From Candidatus Harpocratesius repetitus (GTDB lineage Archaea; Asgardarchaeota; Lokiarchaeia; Sigyniarchaeales; Promethearchaeaceae), in the NCBI GenBank assembly GCA_021498095.1, contig JAIZWK010000001.1, positions 180,001 to 212,000 of the forward strand: a stretch of 32,000 nt of DNA, in the 5' to 3' direction. Made by a program: the position numbers and the translations under genes. The stretch's first letter is position 1; the number at the start of each line of letters is the position of its first letter. Positions 17,582 to 26,396 of the stretch are shown here, piece after piece. Under the pieces are notes generated by a model, which saw only the letters and a list, made by a program, of their open reading frames with translations, searched no databases and was not told the origin of the DNA.

Positions 17582-18082
17582 ATGAAACGAAAATACGTTG
17601 CATATATTCTTATCAGCATAATACTGAGCAGCTCTATCATTGTTGTTATTATTTTAATGCAGAATGATGCTTTAAATAAAGATCTATCTTTACAAGATGG
17701 AAAAGATTATTATGATAGTCTTGGTGCAGATTTAGGCTATCTGAATGAAACGGACAACATTTATGCTTCATTTGCAAGTAAGTGGAATGGCTTTTACCAA
17801 GTTTTGAAAATATCAATAAATTTTGATAGTATTCAAACATACACAAGAATTGAAATAGTTTATTATATTCTTCATTCAAATTCAAAAGATGTTTTTCTCA
17901 TGGTTAACTATCAAAATTGCAAAAACTTAAGTATTCCAATAAAACTTTCTGAAGGTTCCAACACTCTAATGGTTAAAAATGGAGATTTTTCAAATACAGA
18001 TAATATTACAGGAATAACACTCTTTAAAAAAAACTTTTTAGATGATTTTACTCTCCAAGTAGATTATCTGCAAGCATTTTAA
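17582..18082 (+). CDS. Membrane-anchored hypothetical protein, paralog of 17057..17530
   Basis: N-terminal TM (YVAYILISIILSSSIIVVIILM); FKKNFLDDFTLQVDYL matches EKKKWLDDFSFGIDYI. Confidence 0.8.
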   Translation: MKRKYVAYILISIILSSSIIVVIILMQNDALNKDLSLQDGKDYYDSLGADLGYLNETDNIYASFASKWNGFYQVLKISINFDSIQTYTRIEIVYYILHSNSKDVFLMVNYQNCKNLSIPIKLSEGSNTLMVKNGDFSNTDNITGITLFKKNFLDDFTLQVDYLQAF

Positions 18083-18101
18083 AACCATGAGGTGATTTCT
18101 T

Positions 18102-20939
18102 ATAATTAAATATGCATTACGAAATATCTTTCGTCAAAAATCCCGCAATATTATTGTAATTTTCACGATCGGAATTATAGTGGGATATTCGTCGGCTTTA
18201 GTTTTGATAATGAATAGTTATAGCCGTTCAGTTCTTCAAACAGAATTTCAAGATTCTTTGGTAGATATTCGTATTCAATCGGATAATTTTGAAAGATTTA
18301 TAAGCCCAGACAGAGAAGAAATTCACTATCAACTTCAAAAACTAGATGATTTTTCCTTATATTATCAAAATTTGTATTACCAAGCAGATGATTGGCTTTT
18401 AAATGCATCAGAAGAACAATTTTCTTCAATAAACTATTCGCAAGCCCCGCTTTATATTTGCGGATTTGATCAGTTTTTCATCCATTATTTAGATGATGAT
18501 TTTTTCAGTTCTATATTTTCAACAAATTTCATTAAAAATTACTCCGACTCTATTAAAACAAATCCTAGAGTTTGGATTAGCGCTAATTTTGCAAATTTAT
18601 TTAATTTAACCATAGGTGATGCCTTAAATTTAACAGAAGGTTTTTATGATTCACAATCAGAATTGAATTCCTTACAACAACCAATCTCATTTTGCAATTT
18701 CACAATTGGAGGTATTTTTGAATTGCGAGATATTAATAAATTCAAAGATCTAATTGGAATCCAATATTCTCATAACTTTATTAATCCTATATTTACAATA
18801 ATTACATCGATTAATTGGTTCTCATCAAATATTTGCAATCTCTCTCAAAATTCCCGCCATATCAAATTTTTTGATAATATTCATCTTTCACGTTCCGATT
18901 CTCTATTATTTTCACAGGAAGTTCGCTCAGCAAATCGTGATATAATTTATTCAGTCTATCATCAATCGGATTTTATGATAGATTTTTGCTTATTTGATGA
19001 AATTGATTCATTATATGCTGATCTTTCAAAATATCAAATATTATACGCAATATTTTCGCTTCCAATTTTTGCTATTTCTATGAAACTGATTAAAATCGTG
19101 TTTAACTATCTTAATACGAAAGATAAATCAGATTTAGCGTTTTTAAAAGTAAAGGGGATTTCTTATCTAAATGAAAATTTGATAAAATTAATAGAAATTG
19201 GGATTCTAGGAGCAAGTGGAGGATTACTTGGATTAGGAATTGGGAACTTAGTATTTCAAACAGTTAATACTGTTTTTTTCAGGAAAACTTTTTATTTTTT
19301 GTCAATTTCTACAAAATTTCATTCCCAGTTATTTTTTTCAATTTTTATTGGTATAATATTGTATATCATCGGCAAACTTTATGCTCAAAAAGATTTTAAA
19401 TCAAAATCTCTCGATGAATTATTACATAAATATGAATTTACACAAGAAACAAAAGCAAATCGTGAACGCATCTCTCCCGTATTTTTATTTATTCTGGGAC
19501 TTATTCCATTCTTTGAAATTATTTTAAATTATTTTGCACATACATTTCATTCCTTTTCATTTACTACATTTGTTTCAATTTTCAACTATATTTCCTTAAT
19601 TTTTAGTCCGATTGCTCCCATATTACTTCTTTATTCAAGTATTATTCTTATAATAAAAGGATTTCAAATAGCAACACGTGAATCTCTTTCGCGAGTTAAA
19701 ATAAAAAATAAGAATTTTCTTCTTCATTTTGCAATTAAGCAATTTCAACGTAAAAATCAGAAAACGATTGATACATTATTATTATTGAGTTTATCACTTG
19801 GTTTTACGTTGTTTTCTCAATCACTTCAAATGAGTGAGTTAGATTATCAAAATCAAATGAATATCTTGGATAACGGCAGTGGATTAGCATCTAATATCAT
19901 TTTGCAACAACCAATATCATTCTCAGATCTAAACAACCAATTTCTTTCAAAAATTGCACAACAGCAAGAACAACTGGATTTTTCGGAATTTGCCTGGCAA
20001 TTTCCATCTAATGATTTCTATTTTTATAATTATACTCATCGTAAATCGCTTTCAATCCAGTTTATTTCAGCTGAGCATTACCTTAAAATGATCGATTTTC
20101 CTCACGATTGGTTTACTCCTCAAAGCACTGAATCTGTATTGACCAAATTAGCTCAAAATAATACGACGATCTTAATTCCTGATTCATGGACAAAATTATA
20201 CTCGATTGGTCAAACACTTAATATATCCTATATTTCAAATTCTAAGAATTTAAGTGTAGAATGTGAGATTATCGGCAGTTATTCTCGTTTTCCTTTTCTT
20301 TTTGGAGCAAAAAGTAATCCACCTCTTTGTTACACTATTTTAATGGGGGAAAATTCAGTATTTTTGGATATTTGTGAAATTAGTTCATTTTATTTAATAC
20401 TTCAATCAAATTCTCCCGCTCCTAATTCGATTTCATCTACTCTTCTTAATTCACTCATATATCAGCATTTTCCCTTTTCTGAAATATTCCAAAATGAGAT
20501 TCAAGTATATGATTTTGATTTGATGATTTTTAATCTTTTAGAGATTGAGAGTTTTTATTTTATGGGCTTAGTTTTTTTCGGGATCTTGATTGTGAATCTT
20601 GTTAAAATTCAAGATAATGAATACCAATGGAATTTACTCCGAATTAAAGGGCTTTCGAAAAAACGTATTTTCTTTATCGAACAAATCCAATGGATGCTTT
20701 TTACTACGATTGCTTGTATTTTGTCTTTAATTGCTTTGATTTCATCCCAATTAATGATTAATATGATAAATTTTCTTTTTTCAGATCCAGGACAACTTCA
20801 ACGAAGATTATATATTAATTCACAGACAATTTTAATTGATATCACCTTTCTCATTATTATATCTCTGTGCTATTTATTACTTTTTTATCTTAAAATTAAG
20901 CAAATAGATGCCAAATCAGAAAGACTTCTTAAGAATTAA
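18102..20939 (+). CDS. FtsX/MacB/LolC-E-like ABC transporter permease (duplicated architecture)
   Basis: The frame is open from 18096 and reads IIKYALRNIFRQKSRNIIVIF, a typical FtsX-family N-terminus. LKVKGIS and LRIKGLSKKRI motifs are present. GAGGTGAT at 18089-18096 precedes an in-frame ATA at 18102. Confidence 0.85.
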   Translation: MIKYALRNIFRQKSRNIIVIFTIGIIVGYSSALVLIMNSYSRSVLQTEFQDSLVDIRIQSDNFERFISPDREEIHYQLQKLDDFSLYYQNLYYQADDWLLNASEEQFSSINYSQAPLYICGFDQFFIHYLDDDFFSSIFSTNFIKNYSDSIKTNPRVWISANFANLFNLTIGDALNLTEGFYDSQSELNSLQQPISFCNFTIGGIFELRDINKFKDLIGIQYSHNFINPIFTIITSINWFSSNICNLSQNSRHIKFFDNIHLSRSDSLLFSQEVRSANRDIIYSVYHQSDFMIDFCLFDEIDSLYADLSKYQILYAIFSLPIFAISMKLIKIVFNYLNTKDKSDLAFLKVKGISYLNENLIKLIEIGILGASGGLLGLGIGNLVFQTVNTVFFRKTFYFLSISTKFHSQLFFSIFIGIILYIIGKLYAQKDFKSKSLDELLHKYEFTQETKANRERISPVFLFILGLIPFFEIILNYFAHTFHSFSFTTFVSIFNYISLIFSPIAPILLLYSSIILIIKGFQIATRESLSRVKIKNKNFLLHFAIKQFQRKNQKTIDTLLLLSLSLGFTLFSQSLQMSELDYQNQMNILDNGSGLASNIILQQPISFSDLNNQFLSKIAQQQEQLDFSEFAWQFPSNDFYFYNYTHRKSLSIQFISAEHYLKMIDFPHDWFTPQSTESVLTKLAQNNTTILIPDSWTKLYSIGQTLNISYISNSKNLSVECEIIGSYSRFPFLFGAKSNPPLCYTILMGENSVFLDICEISSFYLILQSNSPAPNSISSTLLNSLIYQHFPFSEIFQNEIQVYDFDLMIFNLLEIESFYFMGLVFFGILIVNLVKIQDNEYQWNLLRIKGLSKKRIFFIEQIQWMLFTTIACILSLIALISSQLMINMINFLFSDPGQLQRRLYINSQTILIDITFLIIISLCYLLLFYLKIKQIDAKSERLLKN

Positions 20940-20957
20940 ACAAGGAAAATAAAAAAA

Positions 20958-21824
20958 ATGACAACATATTCTGAAACATCAAATAATCAACCAATTATCC
21001 AAATATGTGATGGAATTAAAGTTTACAAGCGAAATGAAATTGAGACGGTAGCTTTACGAGGAATAAATTGTGATTTTTATACTGGACAAATTTCAGTGAT
21101 TATGGGTCCATCAGGTTGTGGAAAAACCACATTATTAAATGCACTTGCTGGAATAACGCATCTAACTTCAGGAATTGTAGTTTATAAGGATCGCATACTT
21201 CAAAGTATGTCTTCAGCAGAATTGAATCATTATCGTAGCCATCACTTAGGCTATGTTTTTCAATCCAACAATTTATTACCACATCTCACTGCGTTAGAGA
21301 ATATATATTTAGGCTTGGAAATAGCTGACACCCTTACATCTAAACAAATTAGCCGAATTAAGAGATTACTTATCAAATTCCAATTACTAGATCGGGCAAA
21401 GCATTACCCAGAGGAATTAAGCGGAGGGGAGCAGCAAAGAATTAGTATTATTGCTGCAGTTGCAAATCAACCTGACATTTTACTGTGTGATGAGCCCACA
21501 GGTGAATTAGATTCCGACTCGAAAAAGGATGTGTTTAATTTACTTTTATCTTTACTCGATGAATTCCCGAACACTTGCATAATTGTTGTTACACATGATA
21601 GTGATTTTATTCAAATTGCCCATCGTGTATTATACATAAAAGATGGAAAAATTTCACATATAGAAGAAAATTCAAATAAGACATTGCAAAACCAGGCATT
21701 TCAAATTACTTCTGATTTTCTCGATACAAAGAAAGAAAAAATACTTCACACTATCGCAGAATTGAAAGAACTTCAATATTTATTATCGCAAAAAATCAGA
21801 AAGTATGAACATGATATTGAATAA
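20958..21824 (+). CDS. ABC transporter ATP-binding protein (LolD/MacB-like)
   Basis: VALRGIN, Walker A GPSGCGKTT, GYVFQ, LSGGEQQR, LLCDEPTGELD and VVTHD. Confidence 0.95.
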   Translation: MTTYSETSNNQPIIQICDGIKVYKRNEIETVALRGINCDFYTGQISVIMGPSGCGKTTLLNALAGITHLTSGIVVYKDRILQSMSSAELNHYRSHHLGYVFQSNNLLPHLTALENIYLGLEIADTLTSKQISRIKRLLIKFQLLDRAKHYPEELSGGEQQRISIIAAVANQPDILLCDEPTGELDSDSKKDVFNLLLSLLDEFPNTCIIVVTHDSDFIQIAHRVLYIKDGKISHIEENSNKTLQNQAFQITSDFLDTKKEKILHTIAELKELQYLLSQKIRKYEHDIE

Positions 21825-21872
21825 AACTTGTATTTTTTGAAAAAATTAAAAAAAAAGATATGGTGCTAAATT

Positions 21873-22307
21873 CTATGCTCTTTGTTCTATCGGTAATACG
21901 TGATCTCGGTAGAATTCTTCGTCAGTTTTTGTCAAATAGATAATCCCCTCTATAAATCCAATAATTCCAGTTATACCTGTCCACGATAGACATAAATATA
22001 TAATACCCATGGTGATATTTCCTAAATAGAATTTATGAATACCAAACGCTCCTAAAAAGATAGCAAGTAATGCAGCTACAATGCGATCTTTCTTTTCTAC
22101 GCCTAAAGAGGCAGTGGCTGGAGGAACGTTATTAGAAATTGGTTGTTGGTAAGTTCCTTGAAATTCTGATGAATTTCCACTCATCGATGACGCTGATGAA
22201 CTTGATGCTGTACTTGTACTTTGTGAAAAATTTAACTTAGTTCCACAATAAGGACAAAATTTTGTGATTTCATCAACTTTTGCTCCGCAGTTAGGACAAA
22301 ATTGCAT
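21873..22307 (-). CDS. Zinc-ribbon + TM2 domain membrane protein
   Basis: FCPNCG...FCPYCG, an S-rich linker, then KDRIVAALLAIFLGAFGIHKFYLG (TM2 signature). Confidence 0.9.
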   Translation of the reverse strand: MQFCPNCGAKVDEITKFCPYCGTKLNFSQSTSTASSSSASSMSGNSSEFQGTYQQPISNNVPPATASLGVEKKDRIVAALLAIFLGAFGIHKFYLGNITMGIIYLCLSWTGITGIIGFIEGIIYLTKTDEEFYRDHVLPIEQRA

Positions 22308-22480
22308 TCTTTTTTTGATACCTCGCTGATTTTATTTTTATTCGACTATTACATTCAAAATTTTTATTAGTTATGTATTTTAATTTGCATATCGACTAAA
22401 AAAATTTTAGAGTCCAACTGTTATCATTTTTCCAAGTTTGCATAAAAATAAATACCATTGCTTTCTCTTGAACTTAACAA

Positions 22481-23014
22481 ATGGAACTTACTTCAGTTGA
22501 TCCATCTCAAAGCAATATATCTTTAGAAATGGGAATACGCGCGGTGATCATAAGTAATTGCTCATGAATCCCTTTGGTAACTTTAAAACTTGATTCTGAA
22601 TTGAATGAAAATATCATGATTCCTTTCATATCTGCAATTCAATCATATTGCACTAATCTTATCGCAAAAACCCATGAACTTTATTTTAAGACAGATAATA
22701 TCGATCTATACGTTTTCATGAAGAAATATGAAGATGTAGAGCTTATGATTTATTCTCTAATGGACGAACAAATTCAAAAAAGTAATATTCAAGCAGAAGC
22801 AGAAATGGCATTAGATGCTTTTATCGCAGAATTCCCTCCCAAAGTTCTCCGAGAATGGGACGGAAATACAGATCTTTTTCGTACATTTGAAAAGCAACTT
22901 CAAGAACAAGTTTCACAATATATTACAAGTTTGAAATCCACTAGTTTGAAAAATGATGAAGGAACAGGCTTTTTTCATCAATTTTGGAATAAATTGTTTA
23001 AAAGAAAAAAGTAA
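22481..23014 (+). CDS. Longin-like domain protein with an in-frame TGA at 22565-22567 (pseudogene, error or recoding)
   Basis: ATG 22481 is in frame. GIRAVIISNCS*IPLVTLKLD aligns with GVRAVVISNKSGLPFITLKLD of the paralog at 11654..12220. Confidence 0.65.
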
Positions 23015-23143
23015 AAATAGAAATTATTACCAAATCAAATTCTCTCCATTACTCTTGGCTTGTAAGTGTTGATAAGTTTACTTTTTTTGTTCTCTATTTA
23101 CCTTATTTGGTTTTATTTCATTTGTAATTCTGATTTAGCATAT

Positions 23144-23863
23144 CTAATTTTTAAAATTTTGATCATAATCAATCTTCTGAGCAAATTTGTTATATTTTTC
23201 AAGCAGTGAATTATATTCTGTCTGAGAAATTTTTTTTATTGCTTCATTTATATTTTTTTTTGCAGATTCCAATTCCTTATTTTCGTAATAAATTTTAGAT
23301 ATTTGATATAGTATATCTCCTTCTAAATACTTTGAACCTGATTCAGAAGCAAATCTTAAAGCTTTTTGCTTTATTCGTAAATATTCTTGAAAATTTCCCT
23401 TAAGATTTTGCAAGATTTCAGATTCCAACAAGAGTATTTGAGCTAAATTGTAGGTATCATATACTAAAAACGACGTATTATATGCTTGCCTAATCATTTT
23501 TTTTGCTTTTATAAGATTTCCATTCAAGAGATAATATTTACTATAATAAAATAGATATTTTCCTTTTAATCCCAATGCATTTGTAATTTCACCACCAGTT
23601 TTAATAAAGTCGAGAGCAACATTGAGAAGATCCTTAGCCTTTTCAAACATTCTTTTAGTTAAATATAAATGAATCAGGATAAATCCATATCTAATATTAA
23701 TAGATATCTTTTTTTGGCTATGTAAATTTAAAGCAGTATTAAAAAATTCATTAAATTGATCAATATTTCCAATGGTTTCAGATAAAAAAGCAGCAAATAT
23801 AAGCTGAATTAAAGATAGGAGAGTATAAGAATAATGGGACTTTTTAGTAAAAAGAAAAAACAA
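23144..23863 (-). pseudogene. TPR-like alpha-helical repeat protein, probably a 3' fragment
   Basis: Repeating TPR-type patterns (FEKAKDLLNVAL, LIKAKKMIRQAY, LEGDILYQISKIYY...LESAKKNINEAI). There is no ATG start, and the 5' end runs into the antisense of the next gene. Confidence 0.55.
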
Positions 23864-24088
23864 GGCGAATCTAAAGATACAGCTGTCAAAATTTATGCTA
23901 AAAATTCATTTGAGGGAATAGCTAAAGAATATGCATGGATTAAGAATAATCACGGCGCTTATACTTTTATTAAACAAAAATTAGTTCGTGAATATGGAAA
24001 ATCATATGATGTTTTGACTGTAAAATTAAGAAATGGGAAATTTATTGATTTTTGGTTTGATATTTCAAGTTTCCATGGAAAATTTTAA
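23834..24088 (+). CDS. Small hypothetical protein (G.S...A..I.A..S.EGI..EY...YDVL.....G.....WFDIS.F.GK pattern)
   Basis: Clean ATG start, protein-like composition, and a motif pattern that looks like a conserved family; the family name was not recognised. Confidence 0.75.
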   Translation: MGLFSKKKKQGESKDTAVKIYAKNSFEGIAKEYAWIKNNHGAYTFIKQKLVREYGKSYDVLTVKLRNGKFIDFWFDISSFHGKF

Positions 24089-24340
24089 TCATATTCAATT
24101 AATTTCCTATTTAATTGAAAATATATCTTATTTTATAGCATCATTCAAGAACTTTCTTCTTTTTTCTAATTAAATATAGAATAAATGAAATCTTTTGAAA
24201 AAAAGCTCTTTTTATCGATTATTTCATTAAGTAATTGAAGTTATCTTAACTATATTTTTTATTTATCCATTTGCTTATCCTTAATTATTCACTATGATAA
24301 AATTCAATAAATATCTGAAACTATTAACACTGAAATATCT

Positions 24341-25456
24341 ATGTCAGAAACAGCAGAAACATCAGAATTATCCATTACTGTAGGTTTACTAGGTTCTAAT
24401 CACCAAATTACCAAATTAGTAGGAGAATCACTTGGCAGTCCCGGGCAGAAATCAGATTTACAATTTTATAATCGATTGGATACAAGTTTACATTGTGTAT
24501 TTACTGCGGTGGCTCCAATCGGATATCCAGATAAGCTTAAAAGCCTGATCCAGAATTGTGCTGAGACGGATATCCATGTTATGTGTGTTGATTGTGAAAC
24601 AGGAATTACACCAGAAATTGGAGAAATCATGGTAGTTATGGATTTATTTGTTCAATATTATAACACAAAGCCTATTGCAATTATTGGGGGAATTACCAAG
24701 AAGAATGAATGGCAGAAGGAAAATATTCATAAACAGCTGAGTAAATTCACCGAACAAACACATTTGAAAGGAATGAAGATTATTTCTTTGGAACAACGAT
24801 CAGATTACCAACAATTGAAAGAAATATTAATGGAAATGGGACAAGAAATTGCAGACGCCCGAAAATCTAAATTCTCAGATGATTCGACACCTGAATCTGT
24901 AAAAGTTTTAATTGACCATGTTTTTCCAGTTAAGGGAGTTGGAACAGTAGTTTTGGGTTTGGTAAAACAAGGCATTGTTCGAGCTGGTGAGATGTATGAT
25001 TTAGCGCCTGTTCAAAATAAAGTCATTCTCCGTTCCATTCAAAAATTCGATCGAGATTTCAAGGTGGCATATATTGGGGATAGAGTAGGATTAGCGCTTA
25101 AAGGAATAAAAGCTCCTGTTTTAGATCGCAATACTGTCTTTTGCTCTTTAAATTCAATGGAAAAAACAGATGAAGTAGAAGGAACACTGCATGTTTCACC
25201 CTTCTTCAAACCACAGCATCCAAGTGGGTGTGTAACTCCTGAGGATACCCGTAACTATCATTTAATAGTGGATTTAGCCATATCTCCTATAAAATTATTA
25301 GGTGGAGATAATATAGCACCAGGAAAGGCAGGTAAATTGCATTTAAAATTAGATAAGCCGCTTGTTCATGATAAACAGGGTTTGCGTGGAATTGTAGCAG
25401 AATTTGGACCTTTTCAGAATAGATTGCGAATTGTTGGATATTTTCACCAAAGATAG
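24341..25456 (+). CDS. Archaeal SelB-like/EF-Tu-like protein with degenerate G domain
   Basis: EF-Tu domain II motifs IDHVFPVKGVGTVVLG, RSIQ.FD and GDRVGLALKG. N-terminal KSDLQFYN and YPDKLKSL match the archaeal SelBL/MJ0325-type family. There is no GxxxxGK[ST] motif. Confidence 0.8.
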   Translation: MSETAETSELSITVGLLGSNHQITKLVGESLGSPGQKSDLQFYNRLDTSLHCVFTAVAPIGYPDKLKSLIQNCAETDIHVMCVDCETGITPEIGEIMVVMDLFVQYYNTKPIAIIGGITKKNEWQKENIHKQLSKFTEQTHLKGMKIISLEQRSDYQQLKEILMEMGQEIADARKSKFSDDSTPESVKVLIDHVFPVKGVGTVVLGLVKQGIVRAGEMYDLAPVQNKVILRSIQKFDRDFKVAYIGDRVGLALKGIKAPVLDRNTVFCSLNSMEKTDEVEGTLHVSPFFKPQHPSGCVTPEDTRNYHLIVDLAISPIKLLGGDNIAPGKAGKLHLKLDKPLVHDKQGLRGIVAEFGPFQNRLRIVGYFHQR

Positions 25457-25546
25457 AATTAGTATTAGGATATAATTATTTGATGTATATCACTTATAGC
25501 TATTTTTTTTATTGTTAAAGTTCTTTACTATATTAGGAGTTCATCA

Positions 25547-25879
25547 ATGTCCCAGCTAAATATAAGAATAAATAAAGAAGATCGAGCAATTATCAGCTTA
25601 ATCGCAAAAAATAAGGGAATATCAGTAGCGGAATTGGTGAGATCTGTATTAATGAAAGAAATTTTAGCGGATAAAGTAAATATACTCCTTAATTTAGTAG
25701 CAGAAGGAAAATTAAGTAGAAAAAAAGCTTTCCAGCTATCTGGTTTAACATATCATGAATTTTTAAACGAATGGACAAAAAGAAATATTGAAGAAGTAAT
25801 TCCTGAAGAAGCATGGAATCGAGGTTTAGAACTGGCACTAAATTTAGATTCTACATCTTTTTTAAAAAAAAACAGGTAG
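25547..25879 (+). CDS. RHH + UPF0175-like putative antitoxin
   Basis: MSQLNIRI...GISVAELVRS (ribbon-helix-helix), followed by EGKLSRKKAFQLSGLTYHEFL (UPF0175-like). Confidence 0.7.
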   Translation: MSQLNIRINKEDRAIISLIAKNKGISVAELVRSVLMKEILADKVNILLNLVAEGKLSRKKAFQLSGLTYHEFLNEWTKRNIEEVIPEEAWNRGLELALNLDSTSFLKKNR

Positions 25880-25886
25880 AATTCTG

Positions 25887-26390
25887 GTGTTTTTAACAGA
25901 TACATGCTTTTGGAATCATATTAGATTTCTTTATCAAGAAACTAATAGGATGATTGATTTTCGAAAAATAATCTATCAGTACCGATGGGGTATTACAAAG
26001 GAGATTTTAAAGGAAATTTATAATTATCAATTAGATTCATTTATTGATGTAAAAGCCGCAGTTAAAATAACAATTACTGAAAATGAATGGAAAATTTTTA
26101 CCCGTAAATATTCATTTTTATCAGATTTAGATAAAGCAGATCAAAGTTTATTATTAGTTGCTCAGCATGAAAAAGCAGTTATCTTATCCGATGATGGAGA
26201 ATTATTTTTAGAATCTCAAGCACTTAAGATTGATTGTTTGCTGATACCATTATTTCTTATTCAACAAACAAAAATGGGGATGGTTTCAAAGAAAATTGGT
26301 TATCAATGTCTTCGTTTTTGGGAAAAAAGAAGGAGTTACGCAAAAAAGCAAATTGAAAGATGGAAAGGAATACTCTCAAAAATTAACTAA
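25887..26390 (+). CDS. PIN-like domain protein (DUF3368-like), putative toxin
   Basis: LTDTCFW, KE, LDKADQSLL and VILSDDGEL acidic motifs; GTG start 7 bp after the partner gene. Confidence 0.7.
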   Translation: MFLTDTCFWNHIRFLYQETNRMIDFRKIIYQYRWGITKEILKEIYNYQLDSFIDVKAAVKITITENEWKIFTRKYSFLSDLDKADQSLLLVAQHEKAVILSDDGELFLESQALKIDCLLIPLFLIQQTKMGMVSKKIGYQCLRFWEKRRSYAKKQIERWKGILSKIN

Positions 26391-26396
26391 TTTCTC

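Noticed and set aside
24094-24119. 9-bp inverted repeat TTCAATTAA-N8-TTAATTGAA after the small gene
   Set aside because: It is almost all A/T, so such a stem is plausible by chance at this composition. It could be a terminator or operator but is unsupported.
24341-25456. True selB
   Set aside because: It lacks the P-loop and the C-terminal extension and is too short.
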